Shown: piece by piece, positions 18,366 through 28,451 of the stretch
How positions within the stretch are numbered: the stretch's first letter is position 1
How the letters are laid out: each line of letters opens with the position of its first letter
Source: Hyphomicrobiales bacterium
GTDB lineage: Bacteria; Pseudomonadota; Alphaproteobacteria; Rhizobiales; Beijerinckiaceae
Assembly (NCBI GenBank): GCA_038199665.1
Contig: JBBPYT010000410.1
Coordinates: 1-37,916, forward strand
Length of the DNA stretch: 37,916 nucleotides
Direction of reading: 5' to 3'
Made by a program: the position numbers and the translations under genes
The notes under the pieces: generated by a model
Told to the model about the DNA's origin: nothing
The model's database searches: none
What the model saw: the letters and a program-made list of their open reading frames with translations, nothing else

Positions 18366-19810
18366 GCGAGCTTGTCCCCGAGCAGAAACTGCAGCGCGCG
18401 ATCGAGCCGGATATGCGGCAGAACGCTCGACGTGCCGTCCGGGCCGGGTTCTGGCAGGGGCGGCCGGAATCGGACGAAACGGTAGTCGGCCTCGTGTTCC
18501 GGCATGGCCAGCGCGTCGCCGCGCAAGGCGGCCTTCGGGTCGGCCGGAAGTTCGCCCGGAAAGATCGCCGCCTCGGCCAATCCGTCGAACACTTCGCCGT
18601 CGATGCGCTCGCCGGCGAGCGGCGTGCCGACGATGGCCTCGAGCGTTTCGCCGCCTTGTTTCACCGCAGCCTCGCGCGTGGCCCGCACGGCCGCGAGCGC
18701 GATGACGTCGACCGTTGCGCCGACGCCTTCGGCCTTGCTGATGGCGCGGGCGGTCAGCAGGCGCAGGATCGCTTCGAGGCGATCGTGGCTCGTGTGGTGG
18801 AGATGGTCGGCCTTGGTGGCCGCGAACAGGATCTTGTCGATGCGGGGCCGAAACACGGTGGAGAGAAGGTTCGACCGGCCCGCCCGGAAGGCCAGCATCA
18901 CGTCTTCCAAAGCGTGCTGGAGATCGCGCACCGCCGCAGGCCCCGAATTGAGAGCCGACAAGGCGTCGACCATCACGATCTGCCGGTCGAGCCGGGCAAA
19001 ATGGTCCCGGAAGAAGGGACGCACCACATGCAGCTTATAGGCTTCGTAGCGCCGCTCCATCATGGCGGCGAGCGTGCCGGAGGCAGGCGCCGCGGCGCCC
19101 GGCAATGGTGCGAAAGTCAGGGCGGGGGAGCCCTCCAGGTCGCCCGGCATCAGGAAGCGGCCGGGCGGCAGCGTCGACAGGGAATAAAGGTCGGTTCGGC
19201 TGGCCAGAAGGTACCTGGTGAAGAGGTCGGCGCATTGTCGCGCGACGTCTTCCGATGCAGGTTCGGAGGGCGACAGCCCAGCCAGGAAGCCTCGCCACTC
19301 GGCCGCGAGCGGCGCCCGGGCCGCGCTGGCGCTCGTTTCGAGCGTTTCCTGCGACCATTGGGCGAAGCTCTTGGTGAGAAGCGGCAAGTCGAGGAGCCAT
19401 TCGCCCGGATAGTCCACGATGTCGATCGTCAATGAAGCAGGGCCCTTTCGCCAAGAAGAATGGCGCTCGTAATCGAGGGTAAGCCGCAGTTCTGAAATGC
19501 GACGCGTCGATTCGGGCCAGCGTCGTTCGACCGTGAGAGCTCTGACGTGATCCTCGAAGGCAAATCGCGGCACGGCGTCGTCCGGCTGCGGTTGCAGCGT
19601 GCCTCGCGCGATCCGTCCTTCCGACGCGGCGCGGAACACCGGCAGGCGCGCACCTTTGGTCAGGGCCTGAACCAGGGCCGTGATGAACACCGTCTTGCCG
19701 GAGCGCGACAGCCCCGTCACGCCGAGTCGCAGCCCGTTGCCGGACACGTAGTCCGCCACGCTCTGGGCCGTGATGCGGGCTTCGAAAAGGAGATCGGAAA
19801 GAAGACTCAA
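18362..19810 (-). CDS. ycjX: YcjX family P-loop GTPase
   Basis: LGVTGLSRSGKTVFIT, DYPGEWLLDLPLL, DRQIVMVD, FAATKADH, HIRLDRAL. Start taken as TTG 19810. Confidence 0.93.
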   Translation of the reverse strand: MSLLSDLLFEARITAQSVADYVSGNGLRLGVTGLSRSGKTVFITALVQALTKGARLPVFRAASEGRIARGTLQPQPDDAVPRFAFEDHVRALTVERRWPESTRRISELRLTLDYERHSSWRKGPASLTIDIVDYPGEWLLDLPLLTKSFAQWSQETLETSASAARAPLAAEWRGFLAGLSPSEPASEDVARQCADLFTRYLLASRTDLYSLSTLPPGRFLMPGDLEGSPALTFAPLPGAAAPASGTLAAMMERRYEAYKLHVVRPFFRDHFARLDRQIVMVDALSALNSGPAAVRDLQHALEDVMLAFRAGRSNLLSTVFRPRIDKILFAATKADHLHHTSHDRLEAILRLLTARAISKAEGVGATVDVIALAAVRATREAAVKQGGETLEAIVGTPLAGERIDGEVFDGLAEAAIFPGELPADPKAALRGDALAMPEHEADYRFVRFRPPLPEPGPDGTSSVLPHIRLDRALQFLLGDKLA

Positions 19811-19888
19811 TGAAAGTTCCGCTTCGGGTCGCGGCTGATGTAGGCCGTCCCGACGCTGAAGAACAGGTCCGCCAACTCCGACCAAAGC

Positions 19889-20932
19889 CTAGCGATTGGC
19901 GACGGGAGCGGGCGTTTTCTGCGCCGCCAGCGCTGTCGTACGGCCCACCGCCGCTTCGATCAGCGCCTTGCTGGCTCCGAGCGGCCCGACCTCCACGGCC
20001 GACATGTTATGCATGACGCGAGCCAGATTGGGGGTCGGCCTCCCGCTCGCATCGAACAGCCGCAGGTCTTCCGTGGTGTTCGCCGCAACTCCGACCGCGG
20101 TCTTCGCGGCGTAATTCTGAATGCGGGCGCCATCGCCGACGCAGGTGAGGTCCGCGTACGCCAAATGGGTCGAGGGTGCCGAACCCATCGCGTTTGAGGG
20201 CGCGGCCCCGAGCGCCCCCAGCGAAATCGATGCCAGTGACCGCATGCCAAGATTGACGGGCTTCTCGCCCAGTCCCACAGCGATGGACGGCGCTCGCATC
20301 GCCGTGCCGATCAAGCGATCCGGAATCACGGAGCGGTGCGGCCGGGCGGTCTTGCCGCCGGCCATCCGGTGGCCGCGGGAGGCGAGGAACCGAGCCCTGA
20401 GCGTGTGGCCGATCCCGTGGAGCGCGAGGTGATCGGCTGCTGCGGCCTTAACCGAAGCGCCAGAGGCTTTGCGCAGCCCGGGCGGGCGGCCGGTCGCGGC
20501 CGACGCAAATCCGCACGAGGCAGGCGCCCAGTGCGAGACGACGGCGAGAGCCGAATGCCGTCCGTAATCGACGTAATAGCGACGGAGCAGGAGCGCCGCC
20601 ACGTCGGCGCCCTCCGCGGCCGAAGCGAAGGCCACATGCCCATCCGCATCGGCAGCAATCTCGCCAGCCCAACCGGCCCGCTTGATGCACCAATAATTGT
20701 TGAGGCGTACGCAACGGCTGACTTGCGCCGGGTCGCGGCCGAGCAGGATGTTGAGCGTCGTGCCGTAGGACGACTCGAGATGGATCGCAGCCTCGCTGCG
20801 CCAATTGCTGACGGAGCGTTCGCGCGGCCGGAAAGTGACGTCGGGAAGCCAGGACGTGACGGGGCTCTTGCCGGTCGCGTCGGCATTGCCCAGCCATGCA
20901 GCTACGAGAAGACCGACCAGTTCGATCGTCAA
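19889..20932 (-). CDS. Exported hypothetical protein with lysozyme-fold (GH73/phage virion muramidase-like) motifs
   Basis: GGAG followed by TTG 20932; signal-like N-terminus; HLESSYG, NNYWCIK..WAG, VAFASAAEG..LLRRYY, HWAP, NYAAK..GV, MSAVEVG. Confidence 0.6.
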   Translation of the reverse strand: MTIELVGLLVAAWLGNADATGKSPVTSWLPDVTFRPRERSVSNWRSEAAIHLESSYGTTLNILLGRDPAQVSRCVRLNNYWCIKRAGWAGEIAADADGHVAFASAAEGADVAALLLRRYYVDYGRHSALAVVSHWAPASCGFASAATGRPPGLRKASGASVKAAAADHLALHGIGHTLRARFLASRGHRMAGGKTARPHRSVIPDRLIGTAMRAPSIAVGLGEKPVNLGMRSLASISLGALGAAPSNAMGSAPSTHLAYADLTCVGDGARIQNYAAKTAVGVAANTTEDLRLFDASGRPTPNLARVMHNMSAVEVGPLGASKALIEAAVGRTTALAAQKTPAPVANR

Positions 20933-20988
20933 TTGCGTCTCCGGTGCCGGTCCGGTGGCCGTCCAACCGAGCCGTCGCGGTTGAAGAA

Positions 20989-21504
20989 CTAATTCGGAGC
21001 GCGGAAAGAATCTACCGTCACGAAGCTTTCGAGCGCTCCTCCCCTGGCGGCAGCCGTCCATGCTGCCCCCTTCAGCGCGATCACGGCGAACGCGGAGGTC
21101 GGGAAGCGCTCCTCCAGCGCGTCGCGTGACACGCGGTCGCCCGCAACGGCAAGAGTTCGCGCCAGCTCCGCTATGCCGGGATTGTGGCCGACCACCAGCA
21201 GGCTGCGCACTTCCGACGGCAGTTCGGCGACCAGCGCCAAAATTGTTGCCGGGACGGCGCCATAGAGCCGCGGTTCGATGCGATGCGGGATGTTACGGCC
21301 GATTCGTTCGGCGACGCGGTCGAAAGTTTCCCGTGTCCGACGCGAATCCGAGACGAGCGCGAAATCGGGCACGACCTGTTGCATCAAGGCCGCACCGGCC
21401 CCGCTCGCTTCGAAAAGGCCGCGGCTGCTCAGCGCTCGCGCGTGGTCTCCCGTCGCGGAGGCGCCGACGGCTTTGCCGTGTCGGAGAAGAATGAGGTGCT
21501 TCAT
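20989..21504 (-). CDS. sixA: SixA-type histidine phosphatase
   Basis: LILLRHGKA, DHARALS.RG, VSDSRRTRET, LVVGHNPG, FPTS. Confidence 0.9.
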   Translation of the reverse strand: MKHLILLRHGKAVGASATGDHARALSSRGLFEASGAGAALMQQVVPDFALVSDSRRTRETFDRVAERIGRNIPHRIEPRLYGAVPATILALVAELPSEVRSLLVVGHNPGIAELARTLAVAGDRVSRDALEERFPTSAFAVIALKGAAWTAAARGGALESFVTVDSFRAPN

Positions 21505-21764
21505 GGACAGGCCTTTACCTCAGGGCGCGACCGAGAGCGAGTGGGAGCCGATGCCGCGCTGTCCGAGGTGCCATTTGGTCGTTCTACCGGACTCGCTCCT
21601 CGGTTTCGAAGCGGCCACGTAGATGAAACGACCCCTCGAACGGCTTAGGGACGCGGCCGCGTGAAGCAAGTCGAAAGATCTGCGCCCACCCACTTGCGCG
21701 GGACTGCCGCCCGTGGCAACGACACGGCTCGAAGGCGTCCAAATGCGGCGGGAGTTTGTCACGC

Positions 21765-22184
21765 ATGACGTTGTCTGCCATCCAGGGCGGCTACAGACCG
21801 TCCGATGACGAAGTGTTCATGGGCGAGCGGCATAGGGATTATTTCCGCCGCAAGCTTGTGGCGTGGAAGGAAGAAATCCTGCGCGAAAGTCGCGAAACCC
21901 TGGCGACGTTGCAGAGTGAAAGTGAAAACCACCCCGATTTTGCCGATCGGGCTTCATCCGAAACGGATCGAGCCATCGAACTTCGGGCGCGCGACCGGCA
22001 GCGAAAGTTGATCGCCAAGATCAATGCGGCTTTGAGCCGGATCGACGATGGAACTTATGGGTATTGCGAGGAAACGGGTGATCCGATCGCGTTGAGACGG
22101 CTCGACGCCCGCCCAATTGCGACTCTTTCGGTGGAAGCGCAGGAGCGCCACGAGCGGCGGGAAAGAGTCTATCGCGACGAATGA
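21765..22184 (+). CDS. dksA: RNA polymerase-binding factor DksA (one-cysteine alphaproteobacterial type)
   Basis: YRPSDDEVFM, coiled-coil tip DFADRAS, RDRQRKLI, YGYCEETGDPI..RL.ARP.A. Confidence 0.95.
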   Translation: MTLSAIQGGYRPSDDEVFMGERHRDYFRRKLVAWKEEILRESRETLATLQSESENHPDFADRASSETDRAIELRARDRQRKLIAKINAALSRIDDGTYGYCEETGDPIALRRLDARPIATLSVEAQERHERRERVYRDE

Positions 22185-22323
22185 CCGCAGGGCCGATCGG
22201 CGAGGAGCTCGAGCGCTGGTCTTGGGGGAGCGCTTTGGTTGCAGCCTTGGGGAAGCCGCGTCCGCCTGAGTAAGCCCGCGCCACGTACACGTGCGGCCGG
22301 CTCACATCGGCGGATCGCGCCGC

Positions 22324-23406
22324 TCATCCGGATGGGCCGTCTCCACGTGAGGCCGGACGGCCCAGAAGCTTGGCCATTTCTTCTTCAAGCGATTCGAGGG
22401 TCTCGAGGCCTTTAGGGGATGGCTGAATGGCTGGATCCGCTTCGCCGGGGCGTGGCGAGGGCGCAGCGTTCATAGAGACCGGCGGGGTACTGTCGGGAGG
22501 CCGCATTGGTCGTGCTTCCGGCTCGCCGCCCGGACTCGTCTGTCCGGGAGTCACGGTGCCTTCTCGGGGCGCGGTCGGACCGAGCGGCGGCGGCGGGGTC
22601 ATCGGGCGAGTTGGCCGAGGCGGTAGGTTGGAGGCCAAACTCGGGCGAGGCGGCAGGGAGGATGGCGTCCGCGGCGGAGCCGGTCGCGGCGTGCTCGTCG
22701 AGGAAGGAGCGCGGGGAGGGCCGCCAAGGCCGCCGGCCGGCGTCGTGGAGCCGGGCCGCGTTGCCGGCGCGGAGCCGCCCGGCCGGCCGGGCGGCGGGGC
22801 TGGAGCCGATCGGCCTGGGCCTGCACCAGGGACCGCATCCTCCGGAGGCACCGGACGTCCGAAAGCTCGCTCGCCGGTCCGGGCACCCGGCGAAGCAGAA
22901 GACAGCGGCGGTGTCGCAGGAACGTTCGGCGGGAATGGGGATGGGATCAGCGGCGCGGTGCCCGAGCCTGCGGCAGGGATGGGCGGCGCCTGGCGAGGCG
23001 GATGTCCTGGCGATACGGCGGGACCCGAGGCCGACGCGATCTGCGGCGCCGCAGCGCCGGCCGGGAGTGCCATGTCCTTATCGCGTCCGGCCGGCACGCC
23101 AGCCAGCGACTGCGCACGCACGATCGATGATTCGAGGACGACGTCGTTGGGGCCGCCGATCATGATCAGGTGCTCGACGTTGTCCCGCCGGACCAGGACG
23201 AGTTGCCGTTGCCGGTCGAGATCGTAGGCATCGACAACGCCCAAGCGCGGCTGCCGCGCCCGGCCCCCGGACGATGTCCGAAGTCGCCTCCCGAACAGCA
23301 CACGGTAGAGCAGAAACAGGACAATGATGAGAACGAGGAGCGCCGCGAATATGATCACGAACGCGAGCGGCTTGTTGTCCTCGAAAAAAGCGCTCAAAGA
23401 CTGCAT
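22324..23406 (-). CDS. FliO-like membrane protein with a long Pro-rich tail and a terminal acidic amphipathic helix
   Basis: ATG 23406; one TM helix; RLGVVDAYDLDRQRQLVLVRRDNVEHLIMIGGPNDVV; over 200 aa rich in Pro/Ala/Gly; LESLEEEMAKLLGRP. Confidence 0.8.
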   Translation of the reverse strand: MQSLSAFFEDNKPLAFVIIFAALLVLIIVLFLLYRVLFGRRLRTSSGGRARQPRLGVVDAYDLDRQRQLVLVRRDNVEHLIMIGGPNDVVLESSIVRAQSLAGVPAGRDKDMALPAGAAAPQIASASGPAVSPGHPPRQAPPIPAAGSGTAPLIPSPFPPNVPATPPLSSASPGARTGERAFGRPVPPEDAVPGAGPGRSAPAPPPGRPGGSAPATRPGSTTPAGGLGGPPRAPSSTSTPRPAPPRTPSSLPPRPSLASNLPPRPTRPMTPPPPLGPTAPREGTVTPGQTSPGGEPEARPMRPPDSTPPVSMNAAPSPRPGEADPAIQPSPKGLETLESLEEEMAKLLGRPASRGDGPSG

Positions 23407-23484
23407 GCTGCGGTTCGCCTCTCGACACACACACTGACTAAGTGCTGAAGTGTAGCACGAGGCAGTCGTTTCGCTTCAATAAGG

Positions 23485-23500
23485 TTAATCAATGGTTAAC
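23485..23500. promoter_or_regulatory. CtrA binding site
   Basis: TTAA-TCAATGG-TTAAC, an exact TTAA-N7-TTAAC match that also reads as consensus on the minus strand; lies between the divergent FliO-like gene and cckA. Confidence 0.85.
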
Positions 23501-23676
23501 GGGTCAGGGTCCAACCGGAGCGCCAGCGCTTTCTCGCTCTCGGCGTCGGCAGGGTTCCCCCTCCCAGTGCGGGGCGCGAGAACATCGTTACGTCGAAACG
23601 CTGCCCAGGTCATCCGGTCTTATCCATTTGCATCGGCGCGAACCGCGACCCGCCGCAGCGGAGCCTCGAGGCGATC

Positions 23677-26190
23677 ATGAGCGACACGCCGATCGCGGCC
23701 GTCGACAGGACGGAGCGCACCGGCAGCCCGCTGCTGGTGCTTGTCATAGCGATGCTTCTCGTCGCCGCCGCCGCATCCTACTCGTTTCTTCCGCAGGATC
23801 AGGCGGGTCGGCTGGTGCTGGGCTTCCTGGCCTTTCTGGCCATCGTCGGGCTGATCGCCTTGTTCTTCTATGCGGTCGGATTCTTGCAATTCTCCAGTCA
23901 GGCGGCGCGCAACGACCTCACCAAGCTGATCGCCGACACGAATGCCGAAGGATTGCTCGTCACCGAGGGCGAAACACGCTTTCTTTATGCCAACGAGGCC
24001 TATCTGGCCATGTCCGGCGCTCCGGACGCGACCCATCTGCGACCGGTCGAACGGCTGTTTTCCGGCCCGGCCGAAATTTCCGAAGCGGTCTATCGCCTAG
24101 CCCAGGCGGCCCGCGACCACAGGAAGGCCATGGAGGAAATCAGGCTGTCACCGGCCTTGAACGGCGAAGCGGCCGTGGGATGGTATCGCGTCAAGGTCCG
24201 CCCGATCGAACGGACCGGGCACAAACGCGCCACCTTGTGGAGCGTTGCCGACGTGACGCGCGAGCGCGAGCGGCACGAGAACGTGTTCCAAGAGCTGCAG
24301 CACGCGATCGACTTCCTCGACCACGCGCCGGCGGGATTCTTTTCGGCCGATCCGGAAGGGCGCCTGTCCTACTTGAACGCGACCCTCGCCGACTGGCTCG
24401 ATTACGATCTGGCGCAGGTGGGCTCGGGCGGCCTCAACCTTTCGGACATTATGGCGGGCGATGGCGCCACCATGCTGATGGCTGTCGCAGGTGCGCCGGG
24501 CGACGTAAGGACAGAGCAGTTCGACCTCGATCTCAAGCGCCGCAACGGTCAAAGCCTGCCGGTGCGGCTGCTGCATCGCATCGCTTTCGCGGAAGATCGT
24601 GTCCCCGGCGCGTCGCGGACCCTCGTCATCAACCGGGCGCCGGGAGAGGAGCCGGCCGAGGACCTTCGCGCCGCCGAGGTCCGCTTCGCGCGTTTCTTCA
24701 ATTCCACCCCGATGGCCATCGCGTCTCTCGACGGGGTCGGCACGATCGTTCGGTCGAACGCCGCCTTCATCCGGCTGTTCGGCAACGCTCTTCGCGGCCA
24801 GAGCGAAGCCTCCCGCTCGATCTACGCGGGCGTCCAGGAAGCCGACCGGCCGGCGCTGCAGGCAGCGGTCGCGGCCGCAATCCTCGGCAAGGGGGATATT
24901 CCGCCCGTCGACGCAATTCTCGGCGGCACCGACGACCGCTCGGTCAAACTATTCGTATCGGCAGGGGAGGCGCGCGGCAGCGATGCCTCGACCGTCAACA
25001 TCTTCGCCTTGGACACCACCGAGCAGCGGACGCTGCAGGAAAGCTTCGTCCAGGCGCAGAAGATGCAGGCGATCGGCCAGCTCGCCGGCGGGGTCGCCCA
25101 CGATTTCAACAACGTGCTGACCGCGATCCTCGGCTATTCCGACCTGCTGCTCGCCAATCACCGGCCCACCGATCCGTCCTTCCAGGACATCATGCAGATC
25201 AAGCAGAACGCCAATCGCGCGGCTGGCCTGGTCCGCCAGCTGCTGGCCTTTTCGCGCCGGCAGACGCTTCGCCCCGAAGTCCTGCAGCTCGGGGACGTGC
25301 TGGCCGAATTGCAGAACATGGTGCGGCGGCTGGTCGGCGAAAAGATCGAGATCGACGTCAAACACGGCCGCGACCTGTGGCTCGTCAAAGCCGATTTGAA
25401 CCAGCTCGAGCAGGTGGTCATCAACCTCGTGGTGAATGCCCGCGACGCGATGCCGGAAGGCGGCCGGATTCTGGTACGCACCCGCAACGTCCCGGAGGCG
25501 GACTGCGCCGGCTTCAACGAGAAATCGCTGGCGCCGGCCGACTACGTGCTGATCGAGATCGAAGATTCGGGCAATGGCATCGCGCCCGAGATCCTGCCCA
25601 AAATCTTCGAACCCTTCTTCACCACCAAGGAAGTCGGCAAGGGAACCGGCCTCGGCCTGTCGATGGTTTACGGCATCATCAAGCAGACCGGCGGGTTCGT
25701 GTTCTGCGAATCGACGGTCGGCAAGGGTACGACATTCCGCATCTTCCTGCCGCGACACAGGCCTGCGGCAGTCGACGAAACCGCCAAGAAGGAGCCGGCC
25801 AAGTCGGCGTCCGGGGACTTCACCGGACACGGCACCATCCTGCTGGTCGAGGACGAGGACGCAGTTCGGGCCTTCGGGGCCCGGGCTCTGACGTCACGCG
25901 GCTACACCGTCATTGAGGCGAGTTCGGGCGTCGAAGCACTCGAGGTGGTGAGCGAGGCGGGGCAGCGAATCGATCTCATCGTATCGGACGTCGTCATGCC
26001 CGAGATGGACGGCCCGACCATGTTCGGCGAACTGCGCAAACGCGGCATTTCCGCCAAAGTCATCTTCGTGTCGGGCTACGCCGAGGAGGCGTTCGCGCGC
26101 AACCTGCCGGAAGGGGAGGAGTTCGGCTTCCTGCCGAAGCCTTTCTCGCTCAAACAACTCGTCGAGAAGGTGAAGGAGAACATGGGGTGA
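23677..26190 (+). CDS. cckA: Hybrid histidine kinase CckA (2 TM, PAS domains, HisKA, HATPase, receiver)
   Basis: [66 protein letters not shown]; dksA/fliO-like neighbourhood. Confidence 0.9.
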   Translation: MSDTPIAAVDRTERTGSPLLVLVIAMLLVAAAASYSFLPQDQAGRLVLGFLAFLAIVGLIALFFYAVGFLQFSSQAARNDLTKLIADTNAEGLLVTEGETRFLYANEAYLAMSGAPDATHLRPVERLFSGPAEISEAVYRLAQAARDHRKAMEEIRLSPALNGEAAVGWYRVKVRPIERTGHKRATLWSVADVTRERERHENVFQELQHAIDFLDHAPAGFFSADPEGRLSYLNATLADWLDYDLAQVGSGGLNLSDIMAGDGATMLMAVAGAPGDVRTEQFDLDLKRRNGQSLPVRLLHRIAFAEDRVPGASRTLVINRAPGEEPAEDLRAAEVRFARFFNSTPMAIASLDGVGTIVRSNAAFIRLFGNALRGQSEASRSIYAGVQEADRPALQAAVAAAILGKGDIPPVDAILGGTDDRSVKLFVSAGEARGSDASTVNIFALDTTEQRTLQESFVQAQKMQAIGQLAGGVAHDFNNVLTAILGYSDLLLANHRPTDPSFQDIMQIKQNANRAAGLVRQLLAFSRRQTLRPEVLQLGDVLAELQNMVRRLVGEKIEIDVKHGRDLWLVKADLNQLEQVVINLVVNARDAMPEGGRILVRTRNVPEADCAGFNEKSLAPADYVLIEIEDSGNGIAPEILPKIFEPFFTTKEVGKGTGLGLSMVYGIIKQTGGFVFCESTVGKGTTFRIFLPRHRPAAVDETAKKEPAKSASGDFTGHGTILLVEDEDAVRAFGARALTSRGYTVIEASSGVEALEVVSEAGQRIDLIVSDVVMPEMDGPTMFGELRKRGISAKVIFVSGYAEEAFARNLPEGEEFGFLPKPFSLKQLVEKVKENMG

Positions 26191-26212
26191 GGACTGCGTT
26201 TCCTGATCGACG

Positions 26213-26326
26213 GCCCTTCTCCTTCAAGATGGCTGCTTCGCGACCACCTCAGGACGAGGGCTTTTGCCACTTCCCCAAGCCCTCTTCCTGAGCCGGTGCT
26301 TCAGCGCCGAGTCGCAGGACGAGGGT
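26213..26326. repeat. Two inverted REP-like elements, family A copies 2 and 3
   Basis: CTCAGGACGAGGGCTT (26248-26263) and AAGCCCTCTTCCTGAG (26277-26292) are inverted with 1 mismatch in 16. Each ~50 bp unit is itself an imperfect palindrome similar to 4958-5007. Confidence 0.7.
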
Positions 26327-26358
26327 GCCGATTCATGAATGAACTGCGCGCTTCCTTG

Positions 26359-26991
26359 ATGACCGATCAGCCCAAAGACTTGAGTGCCGGTGACGACAGC
26401 GCAACGCGCCATAAGCTCAAGATGGCGCACCGCAAGGCCGTGCAGGACGCGGAGGTCGCCTCGAAAACCATCGCGTCCAAAGGATTGCTGATGGTCAACA
26501 CGGGCTCGGGCAAAGGCAAGTCGACGGCGGCCTTCGGCCTGGTGCTACGTGCGATGGGCTATGGCTGGCCGGTCGGCGTGGTGCAGTTCATCAAAGGCGC
26601 CTGGGACACGGGCGAGCGCCGCATTCTGGAAGGCTCGGACCTGGTCCGCTGGCATTCCATGGGCGAGGGCTTCACCTGGGAGACCCAGGATCGCGCCCGC
26701 GACATCGCCGCAGCCGAAGCCGCGTGGGGCAAGGCGCTCGAACTCATGCGCGACCCGGCGATCAAACTCCTGGTGCTCGACGAGCTCAACGTGGCGCTGC
26801 GTTACGATTACCTGCCGCTCGGCGAGGTCGTGGCGACCCTGAAGGCGCGTCGGCCCGACCTGCACCTCGTCGTCACCGGCCGCAACGCCAAGCCCGAGAT
26901 GATCGAGGCGGCCGACCTCGTCACCGAGATGGTGGCGACCAAGCACCATTTCGCAGCAGGCGTGAAGGCCCAGCAGGGCATCGAGTTCTGA
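26359..26991 (+). CDS. cobO: Cob(I)yrinic acid a,c-diamide adenosyltransferase
   Basis: [49 protein letters not shown]. Confidence 0.96.
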   Translation: MTDQPKDLSAGDDSATRHKLKMAHRKAVQDAEVASKTIASKGLLMVNTGSGKGKSTAAFGLVLRAMGYGWPVGVVQFIKGAWDTGERRILEGSDLVRWHSMGEGFTWETQDRARDIAAAEAAWGKALELMRDPAIKLLVLDELNVALRYDYLPLGEVVATLKARRPDLHLVVTGRNAKPEMIEAADLVTEMVATKHHFAAGVKAQQGIEF

Positions 26992-26993
26992 GC

Positions 26994-28451
26994 GTGGCAC
27001 GGGCCCTGATGCTTCAGGGCACTGGCTCGGACGTCGGCAAATCGCTGATCCTCGCCGGCCTCGCCCGGGCCTACACGCGGCGCGGCCTGAAGGTCCGCCC
27101 GTTCAAGCCGCAGAACATGTCGAACAACGCCGCCGTGACCGCCGACGGCGGGGAGATCGGCCGCGCCCAGGCCCTGCAGGCGCGAGCGGCGGGCGTGAGC
27201 CCGAGCGTTCACATGAATCCAGTGCTGCTCAAGCCGCAAAGCGAGGTCGGCAGTCAGGTCGTGGTGCAGGGCCGGGTGCTCGGCAATGCCAAGGCGCGGG
27301 AATACCAGGACTGGAAGCCGCGGCTCATGGCGGCCGTGCTCGACAGTTTCGGGCGCATGCGTCAGGAGGCCGATCTGGTGCTGGTGGAGGGCGCCGGCAG
27401 TCCGGCCGAGGTCAACTTGCGCCTGAACGATATCGCCAACATGGGCTTCGCGCGCCGGGCCGACCTCCCCGTGGTGCTGATCGGCGACATCGACCGGGGC
27501 GGCGTCATCGCCCAGATCGTCGGCACCAAGGCCGTGATCGCGCCCGACGATTCAGCCCTCGTTGCGGGCTTTCTGATCAACAAATTCCGCGGCGATCCCA
27601 CCCTGTTCGAGCCCGGGATGCGGATCATCGAAAGCCACACGGGCTGGCCGGCCCTTGGGCTGGTTCCCCATTTCGCCGATGCTGGGCGCCTGCCGGCCGA
27701 GGACGCCGTCGCTCTGACCCGGCGGGCCTACTCGGCTGGCGCGGGCCCCATCGTGGTCGCGGTGCCGGTCCTGCCGCAGATCAGCAATTTCGACGACCTC
27801 GACCCGCTGCGGCTCGAGCCTGATGTGTCTCTCGCCATGGTGCGTCCCGGCGAAGCGCTCCCGGTGGCCGACCTGGTGATCCTCCCTGGCTCGAAAGCCA
27901 CGATCGCGGACCTTTCGGCGTTGCGCCGCAATGGTTGGGATATCGATATCCTGGCCCATGCGCGGCGCGGCGGCCACGTGCTCGGCATGTGCGGCGGATA
28001 CCAGATGCTCGGCCGGAAGATCGCCGATCCGGGGGGCGTCGAAGGCCCGCCCGGATGCTGCGATGGCCTGGGCCTCCTCGACGTCGAGACCGTTCTCGGG
28101 GGCGACAAGAGGCTGCGGGCGGTCGAGGGTGAATCGGTCGAGGACCGCGTCCCCTTTGCGGGCTACGAGATGCACGTGGGCCAAACGACGGGGCCGGATT
28201 GCGGCCGGCCGATGTTGCGCTTCGCCGACGGCTCGGCCGATGGCGCGACCTCGGCCGACGGCCTTATCCGAGCCGCGTACGTGCACGGGCTTTTTGCCGA
28301 TGACCGGCAGCGCGCCGCCTGGCTGGCGCGGCTCGGCGGCAGTCCGTCGGTGCTGCGCTACGAACACGATGTCGAGGCTACGCTCGATGCCCTGGCCAAG
28401 CATCTCGGTCGATACATCGACCTCGACCGCTTGCTCAGCCTCGCACGATGA
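26994..28451 (+). CDS. cobQ: Cobyric acid synthase
   Basis: GTG start; [64 protein letters not shown]. Confidence 0.97.
   Translation: MARALMLQGTGSDVGKSLILAGLARAYTRRGLKVRPFKPQNMSNNAAVTADGGEIGRAQALQARAAGVSPSVHMNPVLLKPQSEVGSQVVVQGRVLGNAKAREYQDWKPRLMAAVLDSFGRMRQEADLVLVEGAGSPAEVNLRLNDIANMGFARRADLPVVLIGDIDRGGVIAQIVGTKAVIAPDDSALVAGFLINKFRGDPTLFEPGMRIIESHTGWPALGLVPHFADAGRLPAEDAVALTRRAYSAGAGPIVVAVPVLPQISNFDDLDPLRLEPDVSLAMVRPGEALPVADLVILPGSKATIADLSALRRNGWDIDILAHARRGGHVLGMCGGYQMLGRKIADPGGVEGPPGCCDGLGLLDVETVLGGDKRLRAVEGESVEDRVPFAGYEMHVGQTTGPDCGRPMLRFADGSADGATSADGLIRAAYVHGLFADDRQRAAWLARLGGSPSVLRYEHDVEATLDALAKHLGRYIDLDRLLSLAR

Noticed and set aside
19889-20932. Prophage remnant
   Set aside because: Only one phage-like domain, host-like composition, and no integrase, structural genes or att sites.
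22400-23100. Plus-strand Gly-rich 266-aa ORF or tandem repeat
   Set aside because: Antisense mirror of the Pro-rich tail of the FliO-like gene; no periodic nucleotide repeat.
26191-26358. Cobalamin riboswitch upstream of cobO
   Set aside because: No B12-box or GGGAA core; the structure is explained by two REP-like repeats.
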